Part shown: positions 36,650 to 49,345 of the stretch, one piece after another
Layout: each line of letters opens with the position of its first letter
Position numbering within the stretch: the first letter of the stretch is position 1
Assembly (NCBI GenBank): GCA_013265495.1
Contig: MU061538.1
Location: 2,315,339 to 2,375,338 of the forward strand
DNA from: Vicugna vicugna
Taxonomy: Eukaryota
DNA length: 60,000 nucleotides
Reading direction: 5' to 3'
Notes under the pieces: generated by a model
The model's input: the letters and a program-made list of their open reading frames with translations, nothing else
Databases searched by the model: none
Told to the model about the DNA's origin: nothing
Translations under genes and position numbers: made by a program

Positions 36650-38772
36650 CTCTGCTCACTGGTTTGGAAGGATTTATTAAATCAGTCTTTCAGGCCGGGC
36701 TACACCAGACTTATTGAAATAACAACAACAAAAACAAATGAGTGAACAATTTTCCAAAAGATGCAGATTTTTCTAAAAATTTCTGGCAGGCAATTCTATG
36801 GCCTCACCTGAGGGCAACCGTTACTCTGAGTGTTGGGGCATATCTGAGTCTTCACCCTAAACTTTCACGGCAAAACGCAAGTTCCCCTCAGGTGGATTTG
36901 AGCCTTCGGTGTACTCGGCTGGTCCAGTCCTTCTTACCATCGGGGCTGCCGCTACCGCGGACGCGGGCTTTACTTGCTGCACACGGGGTCTTGAGGACAC
37001 GCATCGGACTTGGTTGGGGTACAAGGAGCCCCTTAAAGTCTTCCTGAGCATCCGCACACTTTCGAAGGTGAGATGGTGGAGGGTAAGCAAGAAAGGAGTT
37101 CTCCAAGTGCAAAAGAAAATGCTGTTTTATTCCACAGATGAGCAAACACTACCACGCCGCGCTCCCGCTGCCCTCCCGCCAGACCTCGTGGCCGGGGCCG
37201 GCGCGCCCTTTCGGACCGACTGGCCTGGTAGTAGTTGAGCCCGCGAAGTGGCAGAGCACGGCCACAGTGTGCAGAGGGTGGTCAGCCCATTCATCCTCGT
37301 CCCAAACGGTGATGCTTCACCTTGAAAACACCCGTGACGGAGCTCTTCTAATGCAGCTAAGCGCAGCTGACGTTCAAAGCGTGTGTAGGTGAAACCAAGA
37401 CCCCCCCCCAAAAGCGACGTGGACGTGTCTCCTCTGCCGACAAGGTGTTGTGGACCCTCAGCAGGACCAGAAGCTGGAGAAATCAGAACCGACGTTCAGG
37501 TTGTCGAGGGTTCCCGAGGCCACGGTCTGTTCACACTAGCACTTCTCGAGAGCCAGGTCGGCCCGAGCGCAGGCACGCGAGCCAAACACGCTGAGAACCG
37601 GGGCAGTGGGCAGGGGGCGCGGCGCCACGTCTGACCAGCATCCTGCCTTTATACACACCACCAGGAAATGTGCACGGGGTGCTGGCCGTACGTACGCGTG
37701 GTCAGAGGCTATCTTACAAGGCTAGCACAGAGCATCGATGTGGCTGCTGGCATGTGGCATGAGGGACAGGGCCACCCCCCAGGGTGGGGGTGACACCAAC
37801 ACCAGCCCCCGCCTTCCTCGAGGGCCTCTGTCACCCCAGCACATGAGATGGACCTGGAGGTGGGGTCAACACTTTGTCTCTCTAACCAAATGCGTATGAA
37901 GACTCGACAACTTACCGAGGAGGAAAAGGATGGGGTTAAAAACATACGTAAGTGGACAGTGCGACTCTAAGCCACATCCTAATGCGCCTGGTGGGAGAGA
38001 GGTTTTATTTATGAATTTTTAGTGAATGGTATTGGATGCTTGTTCCCGTCAGCGTTTGAAACGCTTCCACAGAGTCTAAAGATGACCTCGAGGAGAGAGA
38101 GGTTAGTTACTTCTGATCCGTCTCCTTCTCCAAACAAGTGCAAAGCCTACACATTGACTGAACAAAACAAAGCCAAACAATACAAAACAAAAGCGCACAG
38201 CAAAGCCACCCCGCGACCAGGGACAGCGCCAGGTAAAAACCATAGAAAAATACGAATTAATCCGGAAGCTGACCATTAGCACAGCTACGGGAACACTCTG
38301 CACGGCCCGCGAGGGCGCTGAGCAAGCCAAGCTATGAGCAGGCGCTGTCCGCGCAGCTGCGCTCTGGGTGCTCCCGGCGCGGGGGCGTCAGACAGCACGT
38401 GATGCTCGGGGGGCCGTGATGCCCGGCGGAGGCTGGGTCTCACAGCTCTGCTTGCGAGTGGGGAGTCCAGGGCCAGCTTCCTCACTGCCGTTCGTCCTTT
38501 GCCTTGTTCCTTGGGGAGGGGTTGCGGGATGCACTGGTCACTCTGGGGGGGGAGCAGTGGTGGTTCCGGGCTCCGGGGACGCCCTCGTGAGCGATGACGC
38601 ATCTCCACCCGGGAAGGAGCTTGTTTCTGAAGTAAAACTGCCTTCAGGACCCGAGACACACATGCTATGAAGGTAACGCTCCCTGCCCCCCACAGGACTC
38701 TGCGGGGAGGGGCGGGGTTCCCGGGGGTCCGCGGTTCTAGGAAGAGCCACGCTGAGCCTCGGGCTCCTGTGG
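36650..38772 (-). terminator. DPP6: DPP6 3' UTR with candidate poly(A) signals
   Basis: Follows the stop codon; minus-strand AATAAA at 38004-38009, 37126-37131 and 36673-36678; true 3' end not determinable. Confidence 0.55.
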
Positions 38773-38919
38773 TCAGTCCTCCTCCTCCTCCTCCTTCGCT
38801 GTGACCGTCGGGACCTTGTCCTGAATCCTGAAGCACTCCACGAAGAAGTTGATGATGGAGCGGTAGAGGTGCTGCTTCAGGGAGGCGCTGTTAAAGTAAT
38901 GGCTTTCGTCCGGGTATAT
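38773..38919 (-). CDS. DPP6: DPP6 terminal coding exon, [48 protein letters not shown]
   Basis: ccttgcag| acceptor; 147 nt ending in TGA; matches recalled DPP6 C-terminus. Confidence 0.97.
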   Translation of the reverse strand: MYPDESHYFNSASLKQHLYRSIINFFVECFRIQDKVPTVTAKEEEEED

Positions 38920-39676
38920 CTGCAAGGAAGGCAGGAGAAGTCACCACCAGGGGCCACCGTGGTGCGTGCGAGACGTGGGGCCCCACAGCCCACACCAGCC
39001 CCACAGGCAAGGCCAGGCGGGGGGACAGAGGCAGGATGTGGCCGGCGCCAGGGCTGCCGCTCTCTGAGGAGTGGGTGCCCGCCTGAGGAAGTTTCTCGTT
39101 TATCTCTGGACCTGAAAAGACCACTGGGGTCATACCCGTTTCACCCAACACCCAGAGGGCAGGAAGGAGATGGAAGAAGTTTCCAGAAGCAGCATCATGC
39201 ATTGCTGGGAAGCACGCAGGCTGGAGCTGGTGGGTCAGCACCAGCGCCACTGAGGTCAAGGCCATGAGTCTGGTCCTCGGGAAGGGCGGTGCTCTCTGAC
39301 TGCTGCCGCCCCAACACGGTCCGAGCACCCAGCCTAGGGGAGGCTGGTGGGAGAAGGCTCAGGACCCGCCACCCACGTGGGACAAGAGCCCCACCCGCAT
39401 CACACTGTGGGGGTGTGGGGGCTGGACGGGGGGCGGGGATGTGGTGGAGTCCTACAGGGGCTTCAACGCAGCCTGAGTGCAGAACTGAGCTAACCTAATT
39501 AGCAGAAAAAGCAAGCCCTGCCCATTTGTCTGATCTGTGGTGCCGCGCCCATCTCGGACAATCAGGACACCCGAGAGCGAGTGGAAATGGGATGCACTGG
39601 GTGCCCATCGGCTCCTCCTTCGTGGAAAGGACCGCATCTCCAAGTGTGGACCCGAGCAGGTGCGCGCAGACTGTAC

Positions 39677-39750
39677 CTGTAAGCTGTAATTAGCCTTTCC
39701 CTTAATTAGCTGGGTGATGAGTTCTGCTGTGTGCTGGAAATGGATTTTTT
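39677..39750 (-). CDS. DPP6: DPP6 coding exon, (E)[24 protein letters not shown]
   Basis: ttttcaacag| acceptor, |gtacag donor; 74 nt; peptide in ORF 39452..39838. Confidence 0.96.
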
Positions 39751-39838
39751 CTGTTGAAAAGAAAAAAAGAGGAAAATGTTTGTCAAAACCCATGACAGCA
39801 CGGAGGCGAAAGTGTGGGGCCCCACGCATGCTGCTCAC

Positions 39839-39911
39839 CGTCGGCGGTCGCGTGGATGATCAGGAGCTGCTGCTCCTCCAGCGCCGACACCCGGGGTGCC
39901 ACCTTGGCCAT
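39839..39911 (-). CDS. DPP6: DPP6 coding exon, [24 protein letters not shown]
   Basis: cgcgcag| acceptor, |gtgagc donor; 73 nt; 88-nt intron to the next exon. Confidence 0.96.
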
Positions 39912-40378
39912 CTGCGCGTGGGGCAAGAGCACAGAGTGAGCGCCGCCCGGTGGGCGGCAGGGCTGGACTGGACACCCGACTGAGAGGCCCGGCCCCGATG
40001 GAAACAAAGTTCCCGGAGACCCTGGGCACTCCCCACCCGCCGCACCACGCCCAGCAGGTCTCACAAGGGCGGCCTTCCCTGACCTCAACGCCTTTCAGGA
40101 AGAGGAAGGGGGAGGAGGAGAAGGGAGCAGGGAGAAGTTTTCTCGCACTGCAGGTAGCCTGGGCCGTCATGTCACCTGATGCCACTGGCGGAACACTCTG
40201 GCCCACAGTCCGGTGGGCCACGCACCCACTTCCGCTCTGAAGCCGCAGCCCTGCCTGCAGTAGAGGAGGCCCCGCCGGGCTGGTGGCGCACTGAGCCAAC
40301 TGAGTGCCTGTGACAGGACGTGCTGTCCAGGGGCTTTCTGTTCCCAATCAAGGGCTTATGCTCCCAAAGCAGAAGTGG

Positions 40379-40714
40379 CCGGGGACACAGGGGCCAGCAG
40401 ACACCTACACCCATCGTCTAGGCACCCGGGGACACAGGGGCCAGCGGACACCTACACCCAACGTCCAGGGACCCGGGGACACAGGGGCCAGCGGACACCT
40501 ACACCCAACGTCCAGGGACCCGGGGACACAGGGGCCAGCGGACACCTACACCCAACGTCCAGGGACCCGGGGACACAGGGGCCGCGGAAACCTACACCCA
40601 ACGTCTAGGGACCCGGGGACACAGGGGCCAGCGGACACCTACACCCAACGTCCAGGGACCCGGGGACACAGGGGCCAGCGGACACCTACACCCAACGTCT
40701 AGGGACCCGGGACA
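40379..40714. repeat. 47-bp minisatellite (VNTR), 7 copies plus a partial copy, in a DPP6 intron
   Basis: Unit GGGGACACAGGGGCCAGCGGACACCTACACCCAACGTCCAGGGACCC starting at 40381, 40428, 40475, 40522, 40569 (46 nt), 40615 and 40662. Confidence 0.97.
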
Positions 40715-40956
40715 GCCTCCTCCACTCAGCCTTCCCAGCGTTCCTCCTTGCCCTCCATGTCCAGGATGGGCGGTTCACCAGGTGGTGGAGGGAGGGCCCA
40801 GAGGGTTTCTCACGGTGGGCAAGGAGAGGACACAGGCCCAGAGGAGCTAAGGGGAGGGCTGGGGCTGGAGGGGAGGGAGGGAGTGATTCAGAGAAGGGGC
40901 TGGCCGATTTCATCAGAGTCCCAGTTGTGCCAAGCCGGGACTGCGCCCAAACATAC

Positions 40957-41015
40957 CTCATATGCTCTGTTGTCAAGTCCGTGGAGGCCCAGGTACCTCT
41001 CGGAAAAGGCAGACG
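40957..41015 (-). CDS. DPP6: DPP6 coding exon, (A)[19 protein letters not shown]
   Basis: ctgtccag| acceptor, |gtatgt donor; 59 nt. Confidence 0.96.
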
Positions 41016-42756
41016 CTGGACAGAAGCAGAGGGGACAGCATTACCCCTCGGCCCTGGGGCCTGTCGGACTCTGGGGGACGCCCTGGGGGACGGGCAGGGG
41101 GCCTGGGGTGGACCTGCTGCCACCTGCGTGGCGATTTGCTTTTGAAAACCAGCTCAACCTCTCGGGTCTTCACAAGGGTAGTCAGGCAGCAGCGGGTGAC
41201 GTGTAAACATGTTAGTGTTGGTGGCTGGGGTACAGCAGTACCGCGAGAATGCCACTGAGCAGAAACAAACTGATCTGGACCCTAAGTAAACGGGATAACT
41301 GCCCTCCGCACACACACACACCACTGCAACATACAGGAGAGGGAACAAACAGGGCAAATTCCCAACAGCATTTACTTATTTCTCACAAGTCTCAGCTGGC
41401 CTCTGCTCTACCCGCTCCCTGGCTCAGGTCGGGGTCCTGGGTGAGGACCTGGGGACCCCGGCAGGAAGTCAGGGAGGCAAGAGCGCCAAACTGCTTCCAC
41501 GGGTGCAGGGACACCCTTAGTTAGGTCAAAGGGACGGAGTGGAGGCCCTCCTCGCCCTGGGCACGGGGACAGGTCAAGGCACAGGTGGTGGCTTCATGGG
41601 CGTGCAAGTCAGGCAGACGTGAAGCAGCGTGACTAAAACCACTGGGGCTGTCTCAGTGGCTGCGAGGAGAGTGGGCTGCGCTACACGTATCCCCAGGGAA
41701 AACCATGACGTGTTGAATCAGGAGAGTTCTTGCACGGTTTTAGGTTGAAATTGGCGGCATAGCTTTTTGCACAGATCAGGGCATCAGCTGCGAGCCTTTC
41801 AGCTGCAGGACCCCGCAGGGGGCCTGACTCCACTGTCGTCCCCGGACCGCTCTGTGGGGCCCGTGGGTGCTGAGATGGGGCACACAGGGAGGGGCAGCCA
41901 TGGGGGAGGTGCTTGTTCCTTGGACCCAAGGGGCCCCAGCAGCTCCACAGACCAGCAACCAGGAGCCCTCAGGATTTCCCATCAGTGATGCTCAGGGCGG
42001 CGGTCGGGGCTACCAGCCGAGCCTCCCTGCATCCTGACCCGAATGCCAGCTCACAGAGCCCACAGGGAAGACCTCTCTGCATGTTTCCAAACAGGGTCAT
42101 GTCACAAAGCCATTCACAGGCAGAGAAGAGAGGCTGGCTGACCAGAGGGAGGAGATACAAGGGAGCCTCGGACCCCAAAACAGGGGCCACAGAGCCATGA
42201 TTGTGCAGGCAGAGGTCCGGTTCCCACCCCTGGGAGTCTGATTCTGGGAAGGGCTGTGGGCACTGCCAGGGAGGAGGGTGGGCAGGGAGCAGAGTGGAGC
42301 CACCCAGGACCAGCAGCAGCCACTCTCCCAGCCCCCCACAAACACCCCCACGCCGGGACAGAGCCCCAGTGCCGGGCCCTGCCCGACTCCGGGGTCAAAG
42401 AGGAAGGGTGGCGGGGATCACGGGTGACGGCTGGGCGCCTCCTCCCCTTGCCACACAGCTCCTGCCACCGCAGGCGCAGACGCTGGTCTGGTCGTGTTTC
42501 AGCGCCCGGTCTTGTGTGTTGGGAATGCGGTTCAGGGGCATCTCAGGGGGTTAACTGCCTTCTTTCAGAGCAAGTGGCCGGGAACCCCCTCTGCCCTCCC
42601 CTCCTCTCCTCAGGCTCTGCTGCGGTGCTTCGCCCCCACGGGTTAGCCGGGTAGCCGACCGTGGGTGCCTGAGCAGGAGGCCGGCGGGAGTGGGGGCTGC
42701 AGGGAGGGCGGGGACGGGGCGTGTGGGGCCCATGCTGTGTCTACCAAGCCCCTTAC

Positions 42757-42868
42757 CGTAGAGTCTGAAGTCTGTTATTGGAGAGAGCGCCGCGCCACAG
42801 GCGAAAACCTGACCCTGACTCTCACCCTTCGCGGGGAGGAGGTGCGTGCTCAGGTACCCGCCGTAATC
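42757..42868 (-). CDS. DPP6: DPP6 coding exon, DYGGYLSTHLLPAKGESQGQVFACGAALSPITDFRLY
   Basis: ctttcccag| acceptor, |gtaagg donor; 112 nt; carries the Asp that replaces the catalytic Ser. Confidence 0.96.
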
Positions 42869-43384
42869 CTGGGAAAGAGCGAAGACAGAGGGGCGGGCGA
42901 GTGGGAGGAAAAGTCAGTGATTCCCTCGTGAAAACAGCCTCAGACCGAACGAGGCCAGCGACGCCAGCAACCATTTCCCTGTGGTTCTTTCGTTAGAAAC
43001 GTTTTAACGTTAAAATTTTTTTAAGGGGGGTAAAAAAGACGAAAAGCAAATGCTGTTCCAATGAAATATGTGATGTGCGCATCCCCCTCCTTGGGGCCTG
43101 GTGTTCCAACGACTCGAGGGTGAGATGTGGCAGAGGGGTGGGGGCGACCGTGGACCTGAAACGCTGCGTGAGTGCAGGGCGACGGTCAACCCTTCCAACC
43201 CAGCGCCTTCACGCAGCGTTTCTCGCTGCCTTCCCCGTCTACGGCAGAGTCAGTCCATTTTGTGTGATTCTGAGGGTGGGCCAACGAGGAGTCACTGCCA
43301 GAGGTCTGCTGTGGGGCTCAGCTCTGGGGCCTGCACGGGACAGGCGTCCACACGGGGGGATGCAAGCGGGTACGGCCGCGACGG

Positions 43385-44080
43385 AGGACGGTTTAGTGGT
43401 TCCTTACTAAACTGAACGCCCTCACCATACGAAGCAGGGACCGTGTTCCTTGCTGTTCCCCTAAGAAGCCGGAAGCTTATAGCCACACAGAAACCCCCAC
43501 GGGGATGATTACAGCAGCTTTATGCGTACCAGCCGGAACTTGGAAGTAACCAAGGTGCCTTTCAGTGGGTACATCTGGACCCTGGGTTGTCCGGTACTAA
43601 AAAGCAATAAGCTGTCGAGCCATGAAAGGACACAAAAGGACAACCTTAAATGTGTGTTGCTAAGTCAGAGAAGCAGTCTGAAAAGGCTGCACACTGAGTG
43701 ATTCCAGCTCTGTGATGTTCTGGGAAACGTAGAACTACTGGCAGTTAAAAGACGAGCAGCTGCTGGGGGAGGGGGAGGGGTGATCTGGGGGGCACAGGCG
43801 GTTCTGAGGGCAGTGGGACCCTTCTGTACGATCCTGTGATGAATACACGTCATCACACATCTGTCCAAACCCACAGCGTGTACGACACCAAGAGCGGAGG
43901 CTGCTGGGACCCGGGGGTCCTGGGTGATTCGGATGTCAGTGCAGGTCCATCACGGGAACAAAGGTGGGGCGGAAGTTGAAGGTCCGGGAGGCTGTGCGTG
44001 TTGTGGGGGAGGGGAAATTCTCTCAAATCCACTAGGAACCTAAAACTGCTCTCAACAAATAAGGTCGTTCTAAAAAAAAA
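43385..44080 (+). mobile_element. Old L1MC-like 3' fragment
   Basis: aacttggaagtaaccaaggtgcc..ccttaaatg..ctaagt..agaagcagtctgaaaaggct..tgtccaaacccacag..aaaactgctct..aaataa plus A tail. Confidence 0.75.
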
Positions 44081-45682
44081 GTGTTGAACACATTTTCCTA
44101 GAGAACCTCATGGCCTTCTCGGGTCTCGGTGAGAGGCGTCCGGCCTCGCCCTCGCCCCTCCAGGACAGCTCCCTGCACCCTGCTGCTCCAGGAGGCCCTG
44201 TGCTTCGTGCTGGGGGCGGACACGGACTCCTCCAGGTGGATGTGAGGAGAGCCTGCGAACCCACACGCTGAAAGAACCGATGGCTGCTTCCCTCCCAGGA
44301 GAAATGCAGTCACGGAGTCCGCAAACCTCTATCTAAGGTGCCAAAGAGGCAGGGGGACCCTGCGGGTCGGTGCCCAGCATCCAGCACTGCACACACGGCG
44401 CAGCCTGTCTCGGTGCCTGAGGGCTGCGTTCTAAGGGCAGGTGGGCCCTGGTCCACGCAGCACACGGTGCCCACGCAGCGGAACCAGCCACTTGTCGAGA
44501 AAGCCTCTTCCCTGCTGGGGACTCTTACTCCTGTGTCCCGAGTGACTTCTGAGAGGCCCTAGGCAGTGGGGCGGGGTTCAGGCGCCCGCCCTGGAAAGGG
44601 GCCTGAGAAGGGAGACCACGCTCCTGGGAGGGGACGGCGAGTTCGGGGAAGAGCAAAGCCTGGACGAAGGCTGACCTGGGCCTGGGCGCCCCGCCTGGAG
44701 CCGGCAGCTGCTCTGCTGGGCAGTACCTTTGCCGTGGGGACAAGTGATGTGTTGACACCCAAAGTTACTCCGTAAATGATCCCACTGGCTCCAACTCTGC
44801 ACAGGCAGGCAGTGGGTCATCGCCAGCACAGAATGAGCCCCAGGACTCTGCATCCAGGCTCCGGTCTGCCCTCTGGGCCCCCCCTTTCCTGCCTCCCCTT
44901 GGGGTGTGGGACCCCTGCAGGGCGGTGCTGCGTCCCAGATGCACCCAGCCCCCCCGGTCGCTGGGCTCGGAGGTGATGCCGCAGAGGTGTTGCTCTGGTT
45001 ACCTGTTGCAACCTCCACCTGCAGCCAGGCCCCCGAGGCCCCTCTGAGGGCCTGTGCTGGGAGGTGCTCCCCGGAGGGAAGACGGGTCCGTGTCTGCCAT
45101 CTGTGCTCCTGCCTTCTCGAGATCGACAGGCCACAGGTCCGGGCAGTCTGACGACGGGAGGCCGCGTGCCAGGGCAGCAGGGCGTGGCCCTCCACAGACC
45201 TGACTCCCAGCCACGGTGCCACCACTCCCCCTACGGCCTTCAGACGGGCCCCCACCATGGGAGCTTCTCTGGTTCCGTGTGAACCTCCCGGACTCCCCTC
45301 CACACGAGTGAACCCAGTGAGCTAACCTGACTCCTACCGTAAAGACACAAAGAACCTCTCGCCTCCCCTTCATTCTTGGGGTACCAGCCCGGGAACCACG
45401 GCAGGCCTGTGTCCGGAAAGCAGTTAGGAGCCTAACAGAGCATCCTCATTAGAACCTGACCTCTTTTCTGTCTTTCCTTCCAGATAACATGAAAAGCAGC
45501 AGTGACATGTGAGCTAGTCCGAGGCTCCCTTTGCTGGAATCACGGAACACCCAAACTCCCTTAAAAAATAATTGCTCGCACGCAGCTGTCAGAGACACTC
45601 CCAGTAAATCAGGTCAGGCCCTGGCGATGGCGCAGGTCAGTGCCCGAGCAGGGGCGCTCAGACGCAGGTCAGCACGGCCTAC

Positions 45683-45737
45683 CTTCCCGAACACGGCCAC
45701 CCGCGTCTTGTCGACATACGGCTCCTTCAGCATCAGC
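45683..45737 (-). CDS. DPP6: DPP6 coding exon, (R)LMLKEPYVDKTRVAVFGK
   Basis: cccctgcag| acceptor, |gtaggc donor; 55 nt. Confidence 0.95.
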
Positions 45738-46806
45738 CTGCAGGGGCAACAGGGAGAGGGGTTAGGGCACGCCGCGCTCACGTCCTGCAGCCCCGTGGCC
45801 TAGGGCCGTGCGTCCCAGCGGTGCCGAGGATGAAAACCCCGACTTAAGCTGAAGGAACTATTGGAATTCTAATACGAGTGTTCACTGCTTTTACTTACTT
45901 GGTGCATCGTATGTCCTCGTTAAAAACCCAGAGCGCGCTTACAGTAACTGGGACACCCAGGCCTGCAGAGCTCGCGGGCCGAGAACCCCTGGTACAGAGA
46001 GCAGGGGCCGCTCTGGAGACTCCCAGGCCTGCAGGGTCCACCCCCGATTGGTCCATGTGATGCCCAGCGCCCCAGGCTCTGGGAGGGTCCTCTGGGGTCA
46101 GCTGGGAGAACAGGCGCTCCGGGCGCTACAGGGCTCTGAGTCAGGGCACGGGGCTCCCCTCCACCTGCAGTGTCCTCTGTCCCCAGCTCCTGGGAGGGTG
46201 TCCCTGCCTTGGACCTATTTGGTGGCAGAACCATTCCTGCCAGGGCTCCGCCCTGGATGCCACCAGCTGAGGCCTGGCATGGTCCAGACTCTGCCTTATC
46301 CCTGCTGGCATCTCACCAGCTTTCCCCCGTGGTCCCTGGTTTCCCCACAAAGTGACTGGAATCTTTCTGCTTTTCGAACTCTCATTCAGCCGCAGAAGTC
46401 CTGCCACCTGCTGGCGGATGACAGGCTGCTGTCTGCACCCACCTGCCAGCTGTCCTCGCCGCCGAGCCCTCCTTGTGACTCCCGCCCTAGGTGCTGCCTG
46501 CTGATTTCTTTCTGGTGTCTGTTGGCTGGCGCCAGCTGTCACTTCTAACTGCCCTTCTCTGTCCAGGGGACCGCAGACCTCCGCGTCCTGGGGCCCGAGA
46601 CTGCCCTGTCCTACTCCAGCCAACTCCTCCAGGACCCCTACGTCCCGGGACCTGGCCAGCCCCTCCTGGTTAGAACAGAACTTTAATTGCCGATGTCCGA
46701 AGTGGACGGACGCCTGTTCCTGGAAGCGGGAGGGCCCCGCGTGGAGCAGCAGTTTCCCTGACTTCTCATGAGGATAAAAATTCAGGTGACTTTTGTGCCT
46801 CCATTA

Positions 46807-47124
46807 CAGTCGGTCCTCTGTATCCCCAGGTTCTACATCCACAGATTCAACCAACCACGGACTGAAAATACTCGGGGAAAAACCAAAAAGTTCCAAAAGG
46901 CGACATCTGAATTGCTGCACACGGCACCCACGCCACACTCGCGGCTGCCGACGTGGCACTTAGGAGGTGGCAGGGGTGGAGGGACGCGGGTCTGCAAGCT
47001 CCCGGGAGGACGGCGGCGGCTGTGCGCGAACACTGCCTGCTCCGCAGAAGGGGCTCGAGCACCTAGCATTTGGGAATCCGAGTGGGTCCCGGAACCCGTC
47101 CCTGTGGGTACCGAGCGACAACTG
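46807..47124. mobile_element. TcMar-Tigger MITE (MER2-like)
   Basis: TA + CAGTCGGTCCTCTGTATCC ... GGTACCGAGCGACAACTG terminal inverted repeats; gattcaaccaacc..aaaatactcgggg interior. Confidence 0.8.
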
Positions 47125-47829
47125 CGCCTTGCTGTTCATTTCAATATAACCAGCTTCCCAGGTCATTTGTCGAAAACTGACGACTCACGTGTGTTAACTC
47201 TGCGGACTGACCTAAGTCTGAGTCCGTCTGAGAATCCGAGTGGGAACGAGACAACCCGCCTGCTGCCTTCCCTCCGGGCCCTCGGTCACCGTCCTCGTCA
47301 GCCCGTGGAGTGCGCGTCCCTGTCAGGCTCCAGGCGCGTCTCAGGGACCAGTGCTCACAGACGAACGGGCCCTGTCTTCGCCAGCTCCCGTTCTCACCGC
47401 GGCGGGCAGCATGTCCTGTGTCCACCCCCGTGCAGCTTCTAAGGGGCCGTGGGGCCTTCAGACTCGTCACTTGAACTTTCCAGGTCTCGGTTCTGTGGAC
47501 AATTGGAACGCACTCCGACGCCAGGGCTCAGCAGGGGGTCAGGTGTGGGATCACAACCGGCAAACTGACTGGGAACCTGCATCCTCCCGGCGCCTCCCTC
47601 GGCCTTGCCAGACGCAGGCACCTGGGAGAGCGCTGCCGGCGCTGCGTCTCCCCCGGAAGTGCTGGGTCCTGCCCTGCTCCACAGCAAAGCCCACGTGCCA
47701 GCAGGCAGCCCTCTGCACACAGACCCGGCCCCGCACTCGGCCTCCCTTACAGGTGAAGAGGCGGCCGAGCTTCATCCGAACCGTAAGGGGCCTTCCAGAT
47801 GAGAGTCCAGACCAAAACTCAAACAACAA

Positions 47830-48470
47830 CAACAAAACGGAAAAACCCAGGAATCCAGAGGGGACAGAGATAATGCAGCGACCAGAAACAGGTGCAAAGC
47901 CGTCACTAATGCATCTGGAAGGACAGACACTGAGCCAGGAAGCCAAGGACAGTACGCTCTCAGCGCAGAAAGAAGGCTAGGGTCTCGCGTTGTCACACCT
48001 GAGAATAAACGTTCACCAGAGAGGCTGAAAACAGGAGAGGAAAGTTTTGTCCAGGACAAACCCGGAAGCACCAGAACCAGTATCATGAAAGTTCCAGCAA
48101 GAAAGAACAGAGAAAAGAGAAATCCTCAACGTGTTAGTCAAAGTGTTCCAAGGCCAGAGAACAACGGTCCCCGGAGGGAAAGGGCCCGGCCCAAGGGCTG
48201 AAACTGCAGACGCCGGGACTGAAGAGCGCCCTCTTCCAACGGGGCAGGGAGGCAGGCCACGCACCGGGGCCGGTCAGCAGACAGAGTGACGCGGTCTTGC
48301 TCACCAGCAGCAACGGCCGGGGGGCGACAGCAGGCCCTTCTGGTGGGAATGATTTTCTGTGCAGGTTTCACACCCAGATAAACAGCAACCTCAACTGCGG
48401 GGCTGGAATGGAGACATCCTGAGAAGTTTTCTAGACATCTGAAGGGAAAAGTAAATGAAAAGGGCGACAT
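47830..48470 (+). mobile_element. Degenerate L1/HAL1 ORF1-like remnant
   Basis: A-rich strand bias; agagaaaagagaaatcctcaa and gggaatgattttc..acccagataaac resemble L1 ORF1 3' motifs. Confidence 0.4.
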
Positions 48471-48989
48471 TCACCTGCTGTTCTCTGGCACGGGGCCCAG
48501 CCTAGAAAGCTGTGAGAGGGCCTCGAGGTGACGCTCCGGACACGGGGCCCGGGTGGAGCAGAAGGAAGCGGCCACGGCTCGGAGAGGAGCACCGAGGTGG
48601 GCAGAGCGCCGGTGCGTCTGAGCGTCTGGGAAGGGCGCTGACGGGCCCGAGAGGCAAGATGACAATGGGCCCACGGAGAGTGACCCAGGGGAGAGGCCAA
48701 CAGCACTTGCAGGAGCAGCTCAGTGACAGCTCAGAGAGGAGCGGGGCTGAGCGGCCCCTGGCTCCGCGGGGAGCACTGGGCGAGGGCGCTGCCCCTGACT
48801 GTCCACCTGGCCAGGCGGCTGCCCACAAGGAGTCCCATGGTGAGGGATCCTGCGTGGTCCTGACTACGGGGAATTGGGGCGGCGGACGCGTGATGAAGGA
48901 GACGGCGGGGTTGAGAGAGGCCGCGTCTGGGAAGCAGGACGGGGGTGGGCGGTGCAGGGCGAGGGGCTTTGTGTCGCTGACGTGCGCAG

Positions 48990-49345
48990 CTACCACGGGT
49001 TGAATTCTGAAAAATACAATGAAGCTCTAACCCCCAAACCGCAGAGTGTGCCCGTACTCGTCAGGAGGGCCCACTGCAGACGTAATTCAGAAGTTGGGTG
49101 AGGTCACAGCAGAGGAGCGTGGGCCCCTAATCCAGCGGGACTGGTGTCCTACACGCGGAGGAGACCGGAGACAAGGGAGTAGACGGCCATGTGAAGACGC
49201 GGGATGGAGGGACGCGCCCGCAAGCCGGGGGGTGCAGCCCCCGGGAGCGGGCGGAGGCCAGGACGGGGCCTCCCTCCAGGTTTCAGAGAGAGTGCAGCTC
49301 TGCCCGCACCTTGACTTTGGTGTTCTGGCCCAAGGAAACTAACAC
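48990..49345 (+). mobile_element. MaLR LTR (MLT1B/C-like)
   Basis: gggttgaatt..gaagctctaacccc..gtgggcccctaatccag..actggtgtcct..ggccatgtgaagac..caccttgactttgg..aggaaactaacaca. Confidence 0.75.

Noticed and set aside
40379..40714. CRISPR-like array
   Set aside because: Head-to-tail units without unique spacers, no cas genes, and a mammalian intron context; it is a minisatellite.
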